From Negativicutes bacterium (GTDB taxonomy: Bacteria > Bacillota > Negativicutes > UBA1444): a stretch of DNA of 64,000 bases. Where the stretch lies: NCBI GenBank assembly GCA_963665275.2, contig CAXXIN010000007.1:672001-736000 (forward strand), given 5' to 3'. The position numbers were made by a program, and so were the translations under genes. The notes beneath the pieces are model-generated. The model had not been told where the DNA came from, ran no database searches, and saw only the letters and a program-made list of their open reading frames with translations. Below, piece after piece: positions 49,655-62,429 of the stretch. Numbering within the stretch: the first letter of the stretch is position 1; every line of letters begins with the position of its first letter.

Positions 49655-49843
49655 CTATTCTTTCTGTTCTTCAACGCTGACGAGATGTTCCACTTTGCGG
49701 ATCATACCCCGGATAGCCGGCGTATCTTCCTGTAGAACACTGTGATGTATCTTCGTCAGCCCAAGAACGCGGGCTGTAGCTCTTTGATCTTCCGGCCTGC
49801 CGATAAGGCTGCGCGTCAGAACGATTTTTAACTTTGCGGCCAT
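49655..49843 (-). CDS. rpmD: 50S ribosomal protein L30
   Basis: [11 protein letters not shown]...[12 protein letters not shown]; position in spc operon. Confidence 0.96.
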   Translation of the reverse strand: MAAKLKIVLTRSLIGRPEDQRATARVLGLTKIHHSVLQEDTPAIRGMIRKVEHLVSVEEQKE

Positions 49844-49854
49844 GCCAATCCCTC

Positions 49855-50355
49855 CTAACCCAATAGCTCCTGAACGGTCTTGCCACGCATTTGCGCAACA
49901 ACTTCGACGCGTTTCAGTTCTTGCAGCCCCGTCAGTGTAGCCCGAACCATGTTATTAGCATTGGACGAACCCAGAGACTTGGTCAGAATGTCACGAATCC
50001 CAGCCAATTCCAGTACTGCACGGGCCGGCCCGCCGGCAATAACGCCTGTTCCTTCGGATGCAGGTTTCAACAGCACCCGGCCGGAACCGAAAACGCCGGT
50101 GATTTGATGTGGAATTGTTGTTCCGACCAAGGGAACCTGAATCAGATTCTTCTTCGCATCTTCAACGCCTTTGCGAATCGCTTCAGGCACTTCGGAAGCT
50201 TTACCCAAGCCTGCACCGACAAAGCCATTGGAGTCGCCGACAACGACCAGCGCACTGAACGAGAAACGCCGACCACCTTTGACAACCTTAGCCACGCGGT
50301 TTATAAAAACAACTTTTTCTTTCAGATCCAGTTTTGATGGGTCAATTCTTGCCAC
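49855..50355 (-). CDS. rpsE: 30S ribosomal protein S5
   Basis: [14 protein letters not shown]...GTGVIAGG. Confidence 0.98.
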   Translation of the reverse strand: MARIDPSKLDLKEKVVFINRVAKVVKGGRRFSFSALVVVGDSNGFVGAGLGKASEVPEAIRKGVEDAKKNLIQVPLVGTTIPHQITGVFGSGRVLLKPASEGTGVIAGGPARAVLELAGIRDILTKSLGSSNANNMVRATLTGLQELKRVEVVAQMRGKTVQELLG

Positions 50356-50373
50356 TTTTTTCCCTCCCTCGCC

Positions 50374-50742
50374 TTAGAATTCGAGTCCCGCTTCGCGGGC
50401 TGCAGCGGCTAGCGCCGCCACACGACCGTGGTAAAGGTAGCCACCGCGGTCGAATACGACTTTGCTTATACCCTTGGCCACTGCTCTTTCGGCGACCAAC
50501 TTTCCTACAACCTGGGCTGCATTGATGTTCCCACCATAACTCAGCGTTGCACTGACTTCTTTATCCATCGTGCTGGCCGAAACCAAGGTAGTGCCTGTTT
50601 CATCATTAATGATTTGCGCATAAATATGGTTCAGGCTACGAAAAACATTGAGACGCGGCCGCTGTTGCGTGCCCGAAACATTTTTTCGAACCCTGAAATG
50701 ACGTTTTTGACGGGACTTATTTTTGTCCTGCTTCTGAAGCAA
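50374..50742 (-). CDS. rplR: 50S ribosomal protein L18
   Basis: RPRLNVFRS...[13 protein letters not shown]. Confidence 0.98.
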   Translation of the reverse strand: MLQKQDKNKSRQKRHFRVRKNVSGTQQRPRLNVFRSLNHIYAQIINDETGTTLVSASTMDKEVSATLSYGGNINAAQVVGKLVAERAVAKGISKVVFDRGGYLYHGRVAALAAAAREAGLEF

Positions 50743-50772
50743 GTCTGTTCACTCCCCTCTGCTAAGCACTTG

Positions 50773-51321
50773 TTATTTCTTGCCTTTGGCTCCGGCTTTA
50801 CCGACCTTGCGACGCACAACTTCACCTTCATACTTGATTCCTTTGCCTTTATAAGGCTCAGGTTCACGATATGAACGAATTTTTGCTGCAAAGGAACCAA
50901 CGGCTTCTTTACTGATGCTCGATACAACAATACGGTTGGGCTGCGGAACTTCGAAAGTTACACCCGTCGGAGGTTCCAGTTCCAGGGGGTGTGAGAAACC
51001 AAGCGTAAGAGCAAGTTTGCTGCCCGCTTTGGCTGCACGATAGCCGACGCCATTGATCTCAAGGGTGCGGCTAAAACCCTGGGTAACGCCTACAACCATG
51101 TTTGAGATCAGCGTACGTGTCAACCCATGCAAAGACCTGTGTTCTTTGTTGTCTGTCGGACGGTCTACCGTAATCGTAGCATCCTCCAGCTTAATGATCA
51201 TATCTTTATTGAGCAGTCGGCTTGTTTCGCCCTTGGGGCCTTTGACCGATACGTTGGCGCCTTCGATCTTTATTTCTACCCCAGCAGGGACGGCAATCGG
51301 CTGCCTGCCAATCCTTGACAT
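50773..51321 (-). CDS. rplF: 50S ribosomal protein L6
   Basis: MSRIGR...[11 protein letters not shown]. Confidence 0.98.
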   Translation of the reverse strand: MSRIGRQPIAVPAGVEIKIEGANVSVKGPKGETSRLLNKDMIIKLEDATITVDRPTDNKEHRSLHGLTRTLISNMVVGVTQGFSRTLEINGVGYRAAKAGSKLALTLGFSHPLELEPPTGVTFEVPQPNRIVVSSISKEAVGSFAAKIRSYREPEPYKGKGIKYEGEVVRRKVGKAGAKGKK

Positions 51322-51355
51322 TGCTGCACCTCCTCAGTTCACGTCGTCTTCAGTC

Positions 51356-51754
51356 TTACCAGACAAAGGCGATGACTTCGCCACCCAGACCAGTTTTGCG
51401 GGCCTGTTTGTCCGACATGATTCCCTGAGACGTCGATATAATTGCAATTCCCAGCCCTCCGAGAACCTTCGGCAGCTGTTCCTTTTTCGCATAAACCCTT
51501 AAGCCGGGTTTAGAAATACGCTTAATGCCGGTGATTACACGGTCGCGTTCCGGCCCGTATTTCAAACTGACCCGCAGAATCCCCTGTTTTCCGTCAGAGA
51601 GCACATCGAAATCCTTTACGAAGCCTTCTTCCTTGAGGATTTGAACAACAGCCCGTTTGATTTTAGAAGCAGGGATTTCAACCTTATCATGATGCACAGC
51701 ATTCGCATTCCGGATGCGTGTAAGCAAGTCCGCGATCGGATCCGTCATTACCAT
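51356..51754 (-). CDS. rpsH: 30S ribosomal protein S8
   Basis: [13 protein letters not shown]...SKPGLRVY. Confidence 0.98.
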   Translation of the reverse strand: MVMTDPIADLLTRIRNANAVHHDKVEIPASKIKRAVVQILKEEGFVKDFDVLSDGKQGILRVSLKYGPERDRVITGIKRISKPGLRVYAKKEQLPKVLGGLGIAIISTSQGIMSDKQARKTGLGGEVIAFVW

Positions 51755-51781
51755 TGAATAGTACCTCCTTCCTGATGGACA

Positions 51782-51967
51782 TTACCAGCTTGCCTTCGTA
51801 ATCCCCGGCACAAAACCTTTGTAGCTGAGTTCACGGAAGCAGATCCTGCAAATTTCAAATTTACGCATATATCCATGCGGACGTCCACAAATCTTGCAGC
51901 GATTGTGGTGACGCACCTTGAATTTGGGGCCTTTTTTCCATTGTTCAATTAGGGCTTTCTTGGCCAC
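51782..51967 (-). CDS. rpsN: 30S ribosomal protein S14 (zinc type)
   Basis: RCKICGRP...CRICFRE...PGITKASW; 61 aa. Confidence 0.97.
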   Translation of the reverse strand: MAKKALIEQWKKGPKFKVRHHNRCKICGRPHGYMRKFEICRICFRELSYKGFVPGITKASW

Positions 51968-51981
51968 GTGTCTTACCTCCC

Positions 51982-52524
51982 CTAGCTAGCGCTGAACGGC
52001 ATGCCCATAAGCTTGAGCAGTTCCCGCGCTTCTTCGTCGGTGTTGGCGTTCGTCACGATGGTAATATCCATACCACGTATTTTGTCGATTTTATCGTATT
52101 CCATTTCAGGAAAAATCAACTGTTCCTTGACCCCGAGCGTATAATTGCCACGACCGTCAAAGGCTTTCGGACTGATCCCACGGAAGTCACGTACCCGCGG
52201 CAACGCCACGTTCACGAGCTTATCCATGAAATGATACATCCGTTCACCGCGAAGAGTGACTTTCGTACCGATTGACATTCCCTCGCGAACTTTGAAAGCC
52301 GAAATTGATTTTTTCGCTTTGGTTACAATCGGTTTTTGACCAGAGATCTGCGTCAGATCAGCTACCGCCGCATCTAAAACCTTCGGGTTTCCTACGGCTT
52401 CACTGACTCCCATATTGACAACGATTTTCTCAACTTTGGGAATCTCCATAACATTTTTATAGCCAAACTTTTTCATCATTGCCGGAGCAACTTCCTGGCT
52501 ATAAAATTCTTTCAGCCTCGCCAT
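51982..52524 (-). CDS. rplE: 50S ribosomal protein L5
   Basis: KIVVNMGV...LPRVRDFRG...FDGRGNY. Confidence 0.98.
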   Translation of the reverse strand: MARLKEFYSQEVAPAMMKKFGYKNVMEIPKVEKIVVNMGVSEAVGNPKVLDAAVADLTQISGQKPIVTKAKKSISAFKVREGMSIGTKVTLRGERMYHFMDKLVNVALPRVRDFRGISPKAFDGRGNYTLGVKEQLIFPEMEYDKIDKIRGMDITIVTNANTDEEARELLKLMGMPFSAS

Positions 52525-52549
52525 GCATCATACCTCCCTTCTGCGCGGA

Positions 52550-52897
52550 TTATTTTTCCTTATCGATGATCTCGCCGCATTTTTTGCAGGTTCGGGCCAT
52601 CGATCCACTTGCCAGAGTCGTCTTTTTGATGCGGGTAGGTTTATTGCAAGACGGACAAACCAACATCACTTTCGCCGAACTCAGCGCGGCTTCTTTGACC
52701 AGAATTCCACCTTGCGGCATTTTCTGGCTCGCCTTTGTATGTCGCTTAACTTTATTGACGCCCTCAACGACTACCTTACCCTTCTTGGGCAAAGCTTCGA
52801 GAACCTTTCCGTGCTTTCCTTTGTCTTTTCCGGAAAGGACGACTACTGAATCGCCCTTTTTGACATGCAGCTTAATGATTTCAGCCAACTTAGGCAC
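52550..52897 (-). CDS. rplX: 50S ribosomal protein L24
   Basis: [16 protein letters not shown]...VEGVN. Confidence 0.97.
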   Translation of the reverse strand: MPKLAEIIKLHVKKGDSVVVLSGKDKGKHGKVLEALPKKGKVVVEGVNKVKRHTKASQKMPQGGILVKEAALSSAKVMLVCPSCNKPTRIKKTTLASGSMARTCKKCGEIIDKEK

Positions 52898-52906
52898 CCC
52901 TCTCGC

Positions 52907-53275
52907 TTAAAGTACTTCCGGGGCCAACGAGATGATTTTCATAAAATCCTTCTCGCGAAGTTCTCTGGCGACCGGTCCAAAAATGCGGGTTCCTTTGGGG
53001 CTTTTATCATCCTTGATGATAACTGCGGCATTTTCGTCGAAACGGATGTAAGATCCATCTTCACGACGAAGGCCCTTCTTGGAACGTACGATTACAGCTT
53101 TTACCACGTCACCTTTCTTCACCACGCCACCGGGTGAAGCAGCTTTGACTGCGGCTACGATTATATCACCGATATTACCGGTTCTCCTGAAGGACCCTCC
53201 CATCACGCGGATGCAGAGGATTTCTTTAGCTCCTGTATTATCAGCAACGCTAAGTCTTGTTTCCTGTTGAATCAT
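52907..53275 (-). CDS. rplN: 50S ribosomal protein L14
   Basis: VADNTGAK...[13 protein letters not shown]...SLAPEVL. Confidence 0.98.
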   Translation of the reverse strand: MIQQETRLSVADNTGAKEILCIRVMGGSFRRTGNIGDIIVAAVKAASPGGVVKKGDVVKAVIVRSKKGLRREDGSYIRFDENAAVIIKDDKSPKGTRIFGPVARELREKDFMKIISLAPEVL

Positions 53276-53302
53276 GACATACCCTCCTTCGGTCCCAGGC
53301 GG

Positions 53303-53560
53303 CTATTTTGCTTTTTCGACGATCTCAATCACGCGCCAACGTTTATCTTTGGAGATTGGGCGTGTTTCCATGATTTTAACTTTGTCGCCAATATTGCTTT
53401 CGTTGTTTTCGTCATGTGCTTTGAATTTCACAGTCTGGCGCACTGATTTGGAATAAAGTGAATGCTGTACAAGGCGTTCTACCGCTACAACCACTGTTTT
53501 TTCCATTTTGTTGCTAACGACTGTACCTAATCGTGTTTTTCTTTCGTTTCTATCCGTCAC
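53303..53560 (-). CDS. rpsQ: 30S ribosomal protein S17
   Basis: [11 protein letters not shown]...AHDE...[11 protein letters not shown]; GTG start after GGAGG. Confidence 0.97.
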   Translation of the reverse strand: MTDRNERKTRLGTVVSNKMEKTVVVAVERLVQHSLYSKSVRQTVKFKAHDENNESNIGDKVKIMETRPISKDKRWRVIEIVEKAK

Positions 53561-53591
53561 GTTTCCGTAGCCTCCTTCCCTTGAGAAGACT

Positions 53592-53795
53592 CTAAGCCCG
53601 TTGGGCTTTGATCTCAGTTTCTCGTTGTACTGTTTTAATACGGGCAATAGCCTTCTTGACTTCTCGAATCCGCATGGGATTCTCTAGCTGACCGGTAGCA
53701 ATCTGGAACCGAAGATTGAATAATTCTTCCTTCAATCCAGCTATTTTCTGCTCCATTTCCGAAGCATTCAAGTCTCTAATCTCTTTAGCCTTCAT
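53592..53795 (-). CDS. rpmC: 50S ribosomal protein L29
   Basis: [18 protein letters not shown]...IARIKT. Confidence 0.97.
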   Translation of the reverse strand: MKAKEIRDLNASEMEQKIAGLKEELFNLRFQIATGQLENPMRIREVKKAIARIKTVQRETEIKAQRA

Positions 53796-54240
53796 CAATC
53801 TCGCCACCTGCTTCCACTTCAAGCTGGCCAGCTTTGGAGCCTACTACAAATTTTGTTTTAATAGGCAATTTATGCGCTGCAAGCCGAAATGCTTCTCGCG
53901 CGACCTCTTCCGTTACGCCGGCCATCTCGAACATAATTCTACCTGGTTTCACTACGGCCACCCAATACTCAGGAGAGCCTTTGCCGCTACCCATACGGGT
54001 TTCAGCAGGTTTTGACGTTACAGGCTTATCAGGAAAAATCTTAATCCAAACCTGCCCGCCTCTTTTGATGTAACGTGTCATTGCAATACGAGCCGCTTCG
54101 ATCTGTCTATTGGTGATCCAAGAGGGTTCGAGCGCCGCTAGGCCATATTCGCCGAACGCCACGGTATTTCCGCGATTCGCATTGCCTTTCATCCGGCCAC
54201 GGAACTGTTTACGGTGTTTTACTCTTTTCGGTAATAACAT
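53785..54240 (-). CDS. rplP: 50S ribosomal protein L16
   Basis: PKRVKHRKQ...RMGSGKG. Confidence 0.98.
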   Translation of the reverse strand: MLLPKRVKHRKQFRGRMKGNANRGNTVAFGEYGLAALEPSWITNRQIEAARIAMTRYIKRGGQVWIKIFPDKPVTSKPAETRMGSGKGSPEYWVAVVKPGRIMFEMAGVTEEVAREAFRLAAHKLPIKTKFVVGSKAGQLEVEAGGEIDEG

Positions 54241-54923
54241 TAGTTTCCAGCCCCCTCACTCTGAGGAATCTGCGGTTGCGGCCTAACAGGTTTGGCTGTC
54301 GGAAGCACTTCGCCCCGATAGATCCAAACTTTAACGCCGATCCGACCGAAGGTAGTAGCCGCCTCTGCGGTGCCGTAGTCAATATCCGCCCGTAAGGTAT
54401 GCAGAGGAATGCTTCCTTCGCGGTAAGATTCTGTCCGGGCAATTTCAGCGCCGCCAAGACGTCCGGCCACCATGACCTTGATCCCTTTGGCTCCAATCCG
54501 CATTGTCCGTCCAACAGTCTGCTTCATCACCCTGCGGAAAGCCATTCGTTTCACCAGCTGAGCGGCAACATTCTCCGCCACCAGTGTCGAATCCATTTCC
54601 GCCTGCTTGATTTCTGCAATGTTGACATCAATCGTCTTTTCAGTAAGTTTCTTCAAGGCCTTCTTCAGTTCTTCTATGCTCGCCCCGCCGCGTCCGATAA
54701 CCATTCCTGGTTTTGCAGTATGCAGCGTAACCTTGATCCTGTTGGCGGCTCTTTCAATCTCGACTTTGGAAAGACTGGCCGATGCCAATTTTGTTTTCAG
54801 AAACTTACGGATCTTCATATCTTCGTGAAGATTGGCTGCATAATCTTTATCTGCGTACCAACGTGCATCCCACGTTTTGATGATACCAAGTCTAAGACCA
54901 TGCGGATTCACTTTCTGTCCCAA
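54240..54923 (-). CDS. rpsC: 30S ribosomal protein S3
   Basis: TTG start, [12 protein letters not shown]...[10 protein letters not shown]...[10 protein letters not shown]. Confidence 0.98.
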   Translation of the reverse strand: MGQKVNPHGLRLGIIKTWDARWYADKDYAANLHEDMKIRKFLKTKLASASLSKVEIERAANRIKVTLHTAKPGMVIGRGGASIEELKKALKKLTEKTIDVNIAEIKQAEMDSTLVAENVAAQLVKRMAFRRVMKQTVGRTMRIGAKGIKVMVAGRLGGAEIARTESYREGSIPLHTLRADIDYGTAEAATTFGRIGVKVWIYRGEVLPTAKPVRPQPQIPQSEGAGN

Positions 54924-54945
54924 TGCGATTCCCTCCTCCGCCTCG

Positions 54946-55278
54946 TTATCTTTCCTTAACGACAACGGTCACATGACTGCTGCGCTTAAGGATTTTAAAT
55001 GCCTGTCCCCGAGAACGGGGATGAACTCTCTTCAATGTCGGCCCCTGATCTACAAAAACTGCCGAAACATAAAGGGCATCAGAGTTCATATCATAGTTGT
55101 GTTCAGCATTGGCAATCGCCGATTTCAAGACTTTAAAAATGACTCCCGAAGCAACTTTGGGCGTATTTTTCAAAACGGCCAACGCTTCCGTTACATCCTT
55201 GCCCCGAATCAGATCGATTACTATACGAACCTTGCGCGGCGCAATCCGCACATATTTGGCAATCGACTTTGCTTCCAC
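54946..55278 (-). CDS. rplV: 50S ribosomal protein L22
   Basis: RIAPRKVR...SAIANAEHN...GPTLKR. Confidence 0.98.
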   Translation of the reverse strand: MEAKSIAKYVRIAPRKVRIVIDLIRGKDVTEALAVLKNTPKVASGVIFKVLKSAIANAEHNYDMNSDALYVSAVFVDQGPTLKRVHPRSRGQAFKILKRSSHVTVVVKER

Positions 55279-55304
55279 GAATTAACCCCCTTTTTGAAAG
55301 CTGC

Positions 55305-55601
55305 CTATTTCGCAGTACTCTTGACGCCTGTTGCTCTCTCGGCTTTTGAACCATGACCCCTAAAGGTGCGGGTCGAAGCAAATTCACCGAGTTTATGGCC
55401 AACCATATCTTCCGTAATATATACCGGCACATGCTTCCTTCCATCATGGACAGCTATCGTATGCCCAACGAAAGAAGGCAGGATGGTGGAACTCCGCGAC
55501 CACGTCTTGAACACTTTCTTTTCATTCTTGACGTTCATGGCGTCGATCTTTTTCAGCACGCTGGCATGAACATAAGGTCCTTTCTTGACTGATCTTGACA
55601 T
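55305..55601 (-). CDS. rpsS: 30S ribosomal protein S19
   Basis: KTWSRSS...[10 protein letters not shown]. Confidence 0.98.
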   Translation of the reverse strand: MSRSVKKGPYVHASVLKKIDAMNVKNEKKVFKTWSRSSTILPSFVGHTIAVHDGRKHVPVYITEDMVGHKLGEFASTRTFRGHGSKAERATGVKSTAK

Positions 55602-55628
55602 TATACGGCGACCTCCTTTCTCCTCCCG

Positions 55629-56459
55629 TTATTTCGTGCGATGGCTGACAATGAGTTTTTCAGAAGCCTTCTTCTTTGAACGGGTCTTGGTCCCCATTGC
55701 ACATTTGCCCCACTTGGTAACCGGGTTTTTACGCCCGACCGGTGAACGACCTTCACCGCCGCCATGCGGGTGATCACATGGGTTCATCGCAACGCCGCGG
55801 TTTGCCGACCGGATACCCAGCCAACGCGAACGCCCGGCTTTGCCGATGGTGATGTTTTCATGTTCATGGTTCCCGACCAAACCGATGGTGGCGCGACAAT
55901 TTACATGAACTTTACGAACCTCGCCCGAGGGAAGACGCAACAGCGCCTGTTCATTTTCCTTAGCCATCAACTGCGCTGAAGTACCAGCAGAACGCACCAT
56001 TTGAGCACCTTTGCCGATTTTCAGTTCGATATTGTGGATCAGGGTACCAACCGGGATATTGCGGAGCGGCAGGGCGTTACCGACCTTGATGTCCGCTTCA
56101 GGGCCGCTCATCAGCTTGTCGCCGACTTTCATGCCTTCTGGAGCCAAGATGTAACGTTTTTCACCGTCTGCATAGAAAAGCAGTGCAATGCGGGAAGATC
56201 GGTTGGGATCGTACTCGATCGTAGCAACCGTAGCAGGCACGCCATCTTTTATCCGTTTGAAATCAATGATTCGATAGAGGCGCTTATGACCGCCGCCTTG
56301 GTGGCGGACCGTCAGACGTCCCTGGTTGTTTCTTCCGCCGGACCGCCTGACGATTTCCGTCAAAGCTTTTTCCGGCTTGCTCACGGTGATTTCATCAAAA
56401 CTCGATACCGTCATTTGCCGTCTTCCGGGCGTATATGGTTTAAAACTCTTTACTGCCAT
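55629..56459 (-). CDS. rplB: 50S ribosomal protein L2
   Basis: GRNNQG...EYDPNRS...[12 protein letters not shown]. Confidence 0.98.
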   Translation of the reverse strand: MAVKSFKPYTPGRRQMTVSSFDEITVSKPEKALTEIVRRSGGRNNQGRLTVRHQGGGHKRLYRIIDFKRIKDGVPATVATIEYDPNRSSRIALLFYADGEKRYILAPEGMKVGDKLMSGPEADIKVGNALPLRNIPVGTLIHNIELKIGKGAQMVRSAGTSAQLMAKENEQALLRLPSGEVRKVHVNCRATIGLVGNHEHENITIGKAGRSRWLGIRSANRGVAMNPCDHPHGGGEGRSPVGRKNPVTKWGKCAMGTKTRSKKKASEKLIVSHRTK

Positions 56460-56490
56460 GAGTGATCCTCCTCATCAACCGCCCGAAGGC

Positions 56491-56778
56491 TTAGACTCCC
56501 TCAAAGAATTCAATGCGCTGTCCCGGGAACACTTTAACGATGGCTTTTTTGACGTCCGGACGTTTGCCGGAGTGGTTCCCCATGCGTTTTACTTTTCCCA
56601 TTACACGGACAGTATTGACATTCAGTACTTTAACCTTAAAAATTGATTCAACAGCTTGACGGATCTCAACCTTATTGGCATTCAAAGGTACAATGAAAGT
56701 GTACTTGTTTTCTTGCATGCCAGCATTGGTTTTCTCCGTAATTAACGGGCGAACCAAAACGTCGCGTAAATTAGTCAT
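56491..56778 (-). CDS. rplW: 50S ribosomal protein L23
   Basis: PLITEK...[10 protein letters not shown]...KKAIV. Confidence 0.97.
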   Translation of the reverse strand: MTNLRDVLVRPLITEKTNAGMQENKYTFIVPLNANKVEIRQAVESIFKVKVLNVNTVRVMGKVKRMGNHSGKRPDVKKAIVKVFPGQRIEFFEGV

Positions 56779-57401
56779 TATGCCAACACCTCCTCAATTT
56801 TGGCGATGGCATCCCTGGTCACAAAAACGCGATTGTGATTTAGGATATCAAAGACGTTGATTCCTAGCGAAGTGATCGTCGTCACGCCCGGAATGTTACC
56901 TGCTGATTTCGCAACGGTTTCATTTTTCTCGGCCATGACCACCAGGGACTTGCCAGCAGCCTTGAAGCCTTCAAGGAACTGAACCATGTTTTTGGTTTTA
57001 ATTTCGGAAAAATTCAGGTCTTCGAGTACGAGCAATTCGCCGGCATTCACTTTGGAAGTAAGCGCAGAACGCAATGCCAGACGACGAACCTTCCGGGGCA
57101 ACGCAATGGTGTATTTGCGCGGATGCGGTCCAAAAACGACGCCACCGCCAACCCACAGAGGAGAACGAATGGTACCGGCACGAGCCCGCCCAGTTCCTTT
57201 TTGCTTCCACGGCTTTCTGCCGCCTCCGCGAACAAATGCACGGGTTTTTGTCGCAGCATTGCCTTGACGCTGGTTATTCAACTGCATAGTCACAGCTTGA
57301 TGCAAGACCGCTGCGTTGACTTCGCAGCCAAAAACCCAATCATTCAAATCAATTTCACCGGTTTGCTGTCCCGACATGTTATACAGGGCTACTTTTGGCA
57401 T
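56778..57401 (-). CDS. rplD: 50S ribosomal protein L4
   Basis: [18 protein letters not shown]. Confidence 0.98.
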   Translation of the reverse strand: MPKVALYNMSGQQTGEIDLNDWVFGCEVNAAVLHQAVTMQLNNQRQGNAATKTRAFVRGGGRKPWKQKGTGRARAGTIRSPLWVGGGVVFGPHPRKYTIALPRKVRRLALRSALTSKVNAGELLVLEDLNFSEIKTKNMVQFLEGFKAAGKSLVVMAEKNETVAKSAGNIPGVTTITSLGINVFDILNHNRVFVTRDAIAKIEEVLA

Positions 57402-57438
57402 GAATTATATCCTCCTTTCCAAACAAGGGTGATTGACT

Positions 57439-58104
57439 CTACTTACCAGTCTTCACCGTGACAGGCTTCGGCGGTTTCACAGTGTTTCTGATGAGAACCG
57501 AGCTGTTTTTGGGGCCGGGAATCGCACCCTTGATCAGGATCAGATTCCGTTCGACATCCACCCGGGCCACAGTCAGGCACTGAACCGTAACTCGTTCCCC
57601 ACCCATACGACCAGGGAGCTTTTTACCTTTGAACACTTTGCCGCCGCCACCGCTGATACGGGGCCCCATGGAACCCGGTTCGCGATGGGACTTGGAGCCG
57701 TGCGCCATAGGTCCGCGAGAGAAGTTATGGCGCTTGATTGTACCCGCAAACCCCTTGCCCTTGGAGGTGCCGACAACGTCAACAATTTCTCCTTCGGCAA
57801 AAATGTCTACCGAAATGGTATCACCCAGTTTTTGTTCCGGTGCACTAGGCAAGCGCACTTCCCTGATAAACCGGACTGGTTTGACATTTGCTTTTTCAAA
57901 ATGTCCTTTTTGAGCTTTGGTCAATTTTTTATCTTTAACAACGCCAACCCCGATTTGCAGCGCGTTGTATCCGTCGCTCTCCACGCTCTTTATCTGGGTA
58001 ATCAGATTGGGGCTGGCTTCAACTACCGTAACCGGAACTACTTTGCCATTACTGGCGAAAATCTGAGTCATGCCTATTTTTTTTCCTAAAAGGCCTTTAG
58101 CCAC
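57439..58104 (-). CDS. rplC: 50S ribosomal protein L3
   Basis: GTG start, GKKIGMTQ...SKGKGFAG...HGS. Confidence 0.98.
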   Translation of the reverse strand: MAKGLLGKKIGMTQIFASNGKVVPVTVVEASPNLITQIKSVESDGYNALQIGVGVVKDKKLTKAQKGHFEKANVKPVRFIREVRLPSAPEQKLGDTISVDIFAEGEIVDVVGTSKGKGFAGTIKRHNFSRGPMAHGSKSHREPGSMGPRISGGGGKVFKGKKLPGRMGGERVTVQCLTVARVDVERNLILIKGAIPGPKNSSVLIRNTVKPPKPVTVKTGK

Positions 58105-58117
58105 AATTGCCACCCCC

Positions 58118-58429
58118 TTACAGCTTGATTTCGATATCCACGCCGGCAGGTAGATCAAGGCGCATTAGCGCATCGACCGTCTTGGGCGTTGGCTCGAGAA
58201 TATCAATTAAACGCTTGTGCGTACGCATTTCAAACTGTTCACGTGAATCTTTATTGACATGCGGCGAGCGCAAAATCGTAAAGATGTTTTTTTCTGTCGG
58301 TAACGGAATTGGCCCAGAAACCAGCGCACCGGTCCGTTTCGCCGTTTCAACAATCTTAACCGCACTTTGGTCTAACGCCTTATGGTCATAAGCTTTTAAA
58401 CGAATTCGGATTTTTTGTTGTTTTGCCAC
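58118..58429 (-). CDS. rpsJ: 30S ribosomal protein S10
   Basis: IRIRLKAYD...GPIPLPT...HKRLIDI. Confidence 0.98.
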   Translation of the reverse strand: MAKQQKIRIRLKAYDHKALDQSAVKIVETAKRTGALVSGPIPLPTEKNIFTILRSPHVNKDSREQFEMRTHKRLIDILEPTPKTVDALMRLDLPAGVDIEIKL

Positions 58430-58439
58430 TTATAATTCC

Positions 58440-58525
58440 TCCTCGTCGTCCAGTTTCTACGAACGGACTTGCTCTGCGGGAATTCCCCGAATATTTCGTC
58501 GGCAACCTCCCGTATCATTGCAATT
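58440..58525 (-). ncRNA. Firmicute S10-operon leader RNA (putative)
   Basis: - strand GAUACGGGAGGUUGCCGAC...GGAAUUCCCGCAGAGCAAGUCCG...CUGGAC, a structured leader resembling, from memory, those upstream of rpsJ in Bacillus and clostridia. Confidence 0.5.
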
Positions 58526-58545
58526 GTTCAACAATATTAAGACAG

Positions 58546-58571
58546 GTAGGGGTGTGTGGTCACACCCCTAC
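58546..58571 (-). terminator. Hairpin after tuf
   Basis: GTAGGGGTGTG-tggt-CACACCCCTAC, perfect 11-bp stem, weak T-tract. Confidence 0.65.
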
Positions 58572-58582
58572 GTAACAGGTGC

Positions 58583-59794
58583 TTATGCGTTGATCGCAGT
58601 AACAACTCCGGCGCCGACCGTACGGCCGCCTTCCCGGATTGCGAACCGAAGGCCTTCTTCAATAGCGATCGTCGTGATCAGTTCAATGTTCATCTGGACG
58701 TTGTCGCCCGGCATCACCATTTCCATTCCCTCTGGCAGATGCGCCACTCCTGTGACGTCCGTCGTCCGGAAATAGAACTGAGGCCGATATCCATTGAAGA
58801 AAGGTGTGTGGCGTCCGCCCTCTTCCTTCGTCAGGATGTACACTTCGCCTTTGAACAGCGTGTGCGGTTTGATCGATGCCGGCTTCGCCAACACTTGTCC
58901 CCGCTCTACGTCTTTACGCTCTACACCACGCAGCAACGCGCCGATGTTGTCACCAGCCATCGCCTGGTCAAGCAGTTTACGGAACATTTCCACGCCCGTT
59001 ACAACGGTCGAACGCGGTTTTTCTTCCACCCCGGTCAACCCGACGATCTCCACCGTGTCGCCCACTTTGACAACGCCACGCTCTACACGGCCTGTTGCCA
59101 CGGTGCCGCGGCCTGTGATCGTGAATACGTCTTCCACCGGCATCAGGAATGGTTTATCAATGGCCCGTTCCGGGGTCGGAATGTAGGAATCGACAGCTGC
59201 CATCAGTTCATGGATTTTCCCACACCACTGGCAATCTGATTTCCCGCAGCCGCAGTCAAGAATCTTCGTCGCCGATCCCGAAATGAACGGGATTTCGTCG
59301 CCGGGGAAATCGTAGCTCGAGAGCAGTTCCCGCACTTCCATCTCTACCAATTCCATCAGTTCCTGGTCATCGACCAAGTCGGCCTTGTTCAGGAATACGA
59401 CCATCGCCGGCACGCCGACCTGACGAGATAGCAGGATGTGTTCCCGGGTCTGCGGCATCGGGCCGTCTGCTGCGCTTACGACCAGAATCGCTCCGTCCAT
59501 CTGCGCCGCTCCGGTGATCATGTTCTTGACATAGTCAGCATGGCCCGGGCAGTCAACGTGTGCGTAGTGACGGTTCGCGGTTTCGTACTCCACGTGCGCC
59601 GTATTGATGGTGATCCCACGGGCCCGCTCTTCCGGTGCTTTGTCAATCATGTCGTACGCTACATACTCTGCGCCGCCCGCTTTCGCCAAAGTCATCGTAA
59701 TCGCTGCCGTCAGCGATGTCTTGCCATGATCCACGTGTCCGATCGTTCCAATATTTACGTGCGGTTTAGTCCTCTCAAACTTCTTCTTGCCCAT
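58583..59794 (-). CDS. tuf: Elongation factor Tu
   Basis: [28 protein letters not shown]. Confidence 0.99.
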   Translation of the reverse strand: MGKKKFERTKPHVNIGTIGHVDHGKTSLTAAITMTLAKAGGAEYVAYDMIDKAPEERARGITINTAHVEYETANRHYAHVDCPGHADYVKNMITGAAQMDGAILVVSAADGPMPQTREHILLSRQVGVPAMVVFLNKADLVDDQELMELVEMEVRELLSSYDFPGDEIPFISGSATKILDCGCGKSDCQWCGKIHELMAAVDSYIPTPERAIDKPFLMPVEDVFTITGRGTVATGRVERGVVKVGDTVEIVGLTGVEEKPRSTVVTGVEMFRKLLDQAMAGDNIGALLRGVERKDVERGQVLAKPASIKPHTLFKGEVYILTKEEGGRHTPFFNGYRPQFYFRTTDVTGVAHLPEGMEMVMPGDNVQMNIELITTIAIEEGLRFAIREGGRTVGAGVVTAINA

Positions 59795-59834
59795 TTTTAC
59801 CGTCCTCCTTCATTAAATCAAATTAAAAAGTGTT

Positions 59835-61913
59835 TTATCCTTTCAACTTGGCCACAATGGCTTCGGAAATATTCCGTGGAACATCTTCATAGTGGTCGAA
59901 TTCCATAGAGTAATTGCCGCGTCCTTGCGTTTTCGACCGTAAATCCGTTGAATATCCGAACATCTCAGCCAATGGAACAAATGCTCTGATCGACTGGGCA
60001 TTGGCCCTGGACTCCATACCTTCAATCCGCCCTCGTCGTGAGTTGAGATCTCCGATCACATCACCCATGTAATCTTCCGGAACAATAACTTCCACTTTCA
60101 TGTACGGTTCCAGCAGTACCGGTTCGGCTTTTGCGACACCAGCTTTGAAAGCCATGGATCCTGCAATTTTAAACGCCATTTCAGATGAGTCAACATCATG
60201 GAACGACCCATCATAAACAGTGACCTTGACATCTACCATCGGATATCCCGCAATGGTTCCGGTTTGCATAGCTTCCTTGGCGCCCGCTTCGATCGGGTTG
60301 ATATATTCGCGGGGAATTGATCCCCCGACAGTTTTGTTTTCAAAAACAAAACCTGCACCCGGTTGCTGCGGTTCCAGTTGCAACCAACAGTGTCCGTATT
60401 GTCCACGTCCACCCGACTGACGAATGAACTTACCTTCGGATTTGACTGTCTTGCGGATTGTTTCGCGGTAAGCAACCTGGGGTCTGCCTACGCTACAGTC
60501 AACCTTGAACTCGCGAAGCAATCGGTCAACGATAATCTCCAGATGCAATTCGCCCATGCCTTCGATAATCGTCTGTCCCGTCTCCAAATCCGTATGCATC
60601 CGGAACGTGGGGTCCTCATCAGCAAGACGCTGAATTGCTACGCCCATTTTTTCCTGATCGGCTTTGGTTTTGGGTTCGATCGCGATAGAAATAACCGGTT
60701 CCGGAAACACCATAGACTCCAGAATCACAGGTTCTTTCTCCGTGCACAGCGTATCTCCGGTAATGGTATCTTTGAATCCTACAGCGGCTGCGATATCGCC
60801 GGTATACACAATTTCGATGTCTTCACGATGATTCGCATGCATTTGCAGAATGCGGCCGATACGCTCTTTCTTACCCTTGGTAGAATTATAGATGTAAGAT
60901 CCGCTGGTCATCTGTCCGGAATACACCCGGAAGAACGTCAGTTTTCCAACGTACGGATCCGCCATGATTTTGAAGGCCAAGGCCGAGAAAGGCGCAGAAT
61001 CATCCGCATTACGATATTCATCTTCTTGCGTATCCGGGTTGATGCCTTTGATCGGCGGAACGTCCGTAGGCGCCGGCAAATAATGCACAACCGCGTCCAA
61101 CAAAGGCTGAACGCCCTTATTCCGGTACGAAGAACCGCAAAATACTGGCGTAAGTTTACAAGAAAGAGTCGCCAGGCGAATGCCACGCATGATTTCCTCA
61201 TTAGTGAGCTCTTCACCCTCAAGATACTTCATCATCAGCTCATCGTCGCCTTCAGCCACGGCGTCCAGCAAATTCTGCCGATAGGTTTCGGCCAGTTCCT
61301 TTAGCTCTTCAGGAATCTCACTCGTCTCGCTCTTCTTACCGAGATCATCCTCATACACGATAGCCTTCATTTCAATCAAATCAATCAGGCCAAGGTAAGT
61401 ATCTTCTGCTCCGATGGGAATCTGCACAGGCACCGCATTGGCTCCCAAGCGATCCTTCATCATCTCAACCACGCGGAAGAAGTCCGCGCCCATGATATCC
61501 ATCTTATTGACGTACGCAATCCGCGGCACGCCATATTTGTCAGCCTGACGCCACACCGTTTCAGACTGAGGCTCGACACCACCTTTTGCACAGAACACCG
61601 CCACGGCTCCGTCAAGCACCCGCAAAGAGCGCTCTACTTCCACCGTGAAGTCCACGTGTCCAGGTGTATCAATTATGTTAATCCGATGCCCATTCCATTG
61701 GCAGGTAGTTGCAGCAGAGGTGATAGTGATACCCCGCTCCTGCTCCTGTACCATCCAATCCATCGTCGCCGCGCCGTCATGCACTTCACCCATCTTATGC
61801 ACGCGGCCCGTGTAAAAGAGGATCCGTTCAGTCGTCGTAGTCTTACCGGCGTCAATGTGGGCCATAATTCCAATATTCCGGGTCATGTTCAGCGGGAATT
61901 TTCTGGCCACCAT
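59835..61913 (-). CDS. fusA: Elongation factor G
   Basis: [26 protein letters not shown]; start at 61913 or 61910. Confidence 0.99.
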   Translation of the reverse strand: MVARKFPLNMTRNIGIMAHIDAGKTTTTERILFYTGRVHKMGEVHDGAATMDWMVQEQERGITITSAATTCQWNGHRINIIDTPGHVDFTVEVERSLRVLDGAVAVFCAKGGVEPQSETVWRQADKYGVPRIAYVNKMDIMGADFFRVVEMMKDRLGANAVPVQIPIGAEDTYLGLIDLIEMKAIVYEDDLGKKSETSEIPEELKELAETYRQNLLDAVAEGDDELMMKYLEGEELTNEEIMRGIRLATLSCKLTPVFCGSSYRNKGVQPLLDAVVHYLPAPTDVPPIKGINPDTQEDEYRNADDSAPFSALAFKIMADPYVGKLTFFRVYSGQMTSGSYIYNSTKGKKERIGRILQMHANHREDIEIVYTGDIAAAVGFKDTITGDTLCTEKEPVILESMVFPEPVISIAIEPKTKADQEKMGVAIQRLADEDPTFRMHTDLETGQTIIEGMGELHLEIIVDRLLREFKVDCSVGRPQVAYRETIRKTVKSEGKFIRQSGGRGQYGHCWLQLEPQQPGAGFVFENKTVGGSIPREYINPIEAGAKEAMQTGTIAGYPMVDVKVTVYDGSFHDVDSSEMAFKIAGSMAFKAGVAKAEPVLLEPYMKVEVIVPEDYMGDVIGDLNSRRGRIEGMESRANAQSIRAFVPLAEMFGYSTDLRSKTQGRGNYSMEFDHYEDVPRNISEAIVAKLKG

Positions 61914-61946
61914 CATCACTCCTACGTTGTATGTATCGTTAGAATT

Positions 61947-62417
61947 CTACCACCGATAATGTGCAAATGCCTTGTTGGCTTCCGCCATCTTGTGTGTGTC
62001 ATCACGTTTTTTTACTGCGCCGCCCGTGTTGTTCGAAGCATCAAGCAACTCGGCCGCCAGACGTTCGTGCATGGTTTTTTCACTGCGAGCACGCGCTTGA
62101 TTGACAAGCCAGCGAACACCCAAGGAAAAGCGACGATCCGGTCGCACTTCAACAGGAACCTGATAGTTAGCTCCGCCAACACGGCGAGCACGTACTTCCA
62201 GCACCGGCATAACGTTCTTCAGTGCAGTTTCAAAAAGCTCCAACGGATCTTTGCCAGTTTTGGCGCCCATGGCTTCAAACGCTTCGTATACAATGCCTTG
62301 CGCAACACTTTTCTTGCCACTGAGCATGATTTTGTTTATGAACCGGGTAACAGTCTTTGAATTGTAAACGGGATCCGGCAGAACGTCCCGTTTGGGAACC
62401 GCGCCTTTTCTCGGCAT
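61947..62417 (-). CDS. rpsG: 30S ribosomal protein S7
   Basis: [11 protein letters not shown]...[13 protein letters not shown]. Confidence 0.98.
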   Translation of the reverse strand: MPRKGAVPKRDVLPDPVYNSKTVTRFINKIMLSGKKSVAQGIVYEAFEAMGAKTGKDPLELFETALKNVMPVLEVRARRVGGANYQVPVEVRPDRRFSLGVRWLVNQARARSEKTMHERLAAELLDASNNTGGAVKKRDDTHKMAEANKAFAHYRW

Positions 62418-62429
62418 GAAAAACCCTCC

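Noticed and set aside
60363-62360. 313-aa and 234-aa + strand ORFs
   Set aside because: Antisense to fusA and rpsG; expected from the codon bias of highly expressed genes.
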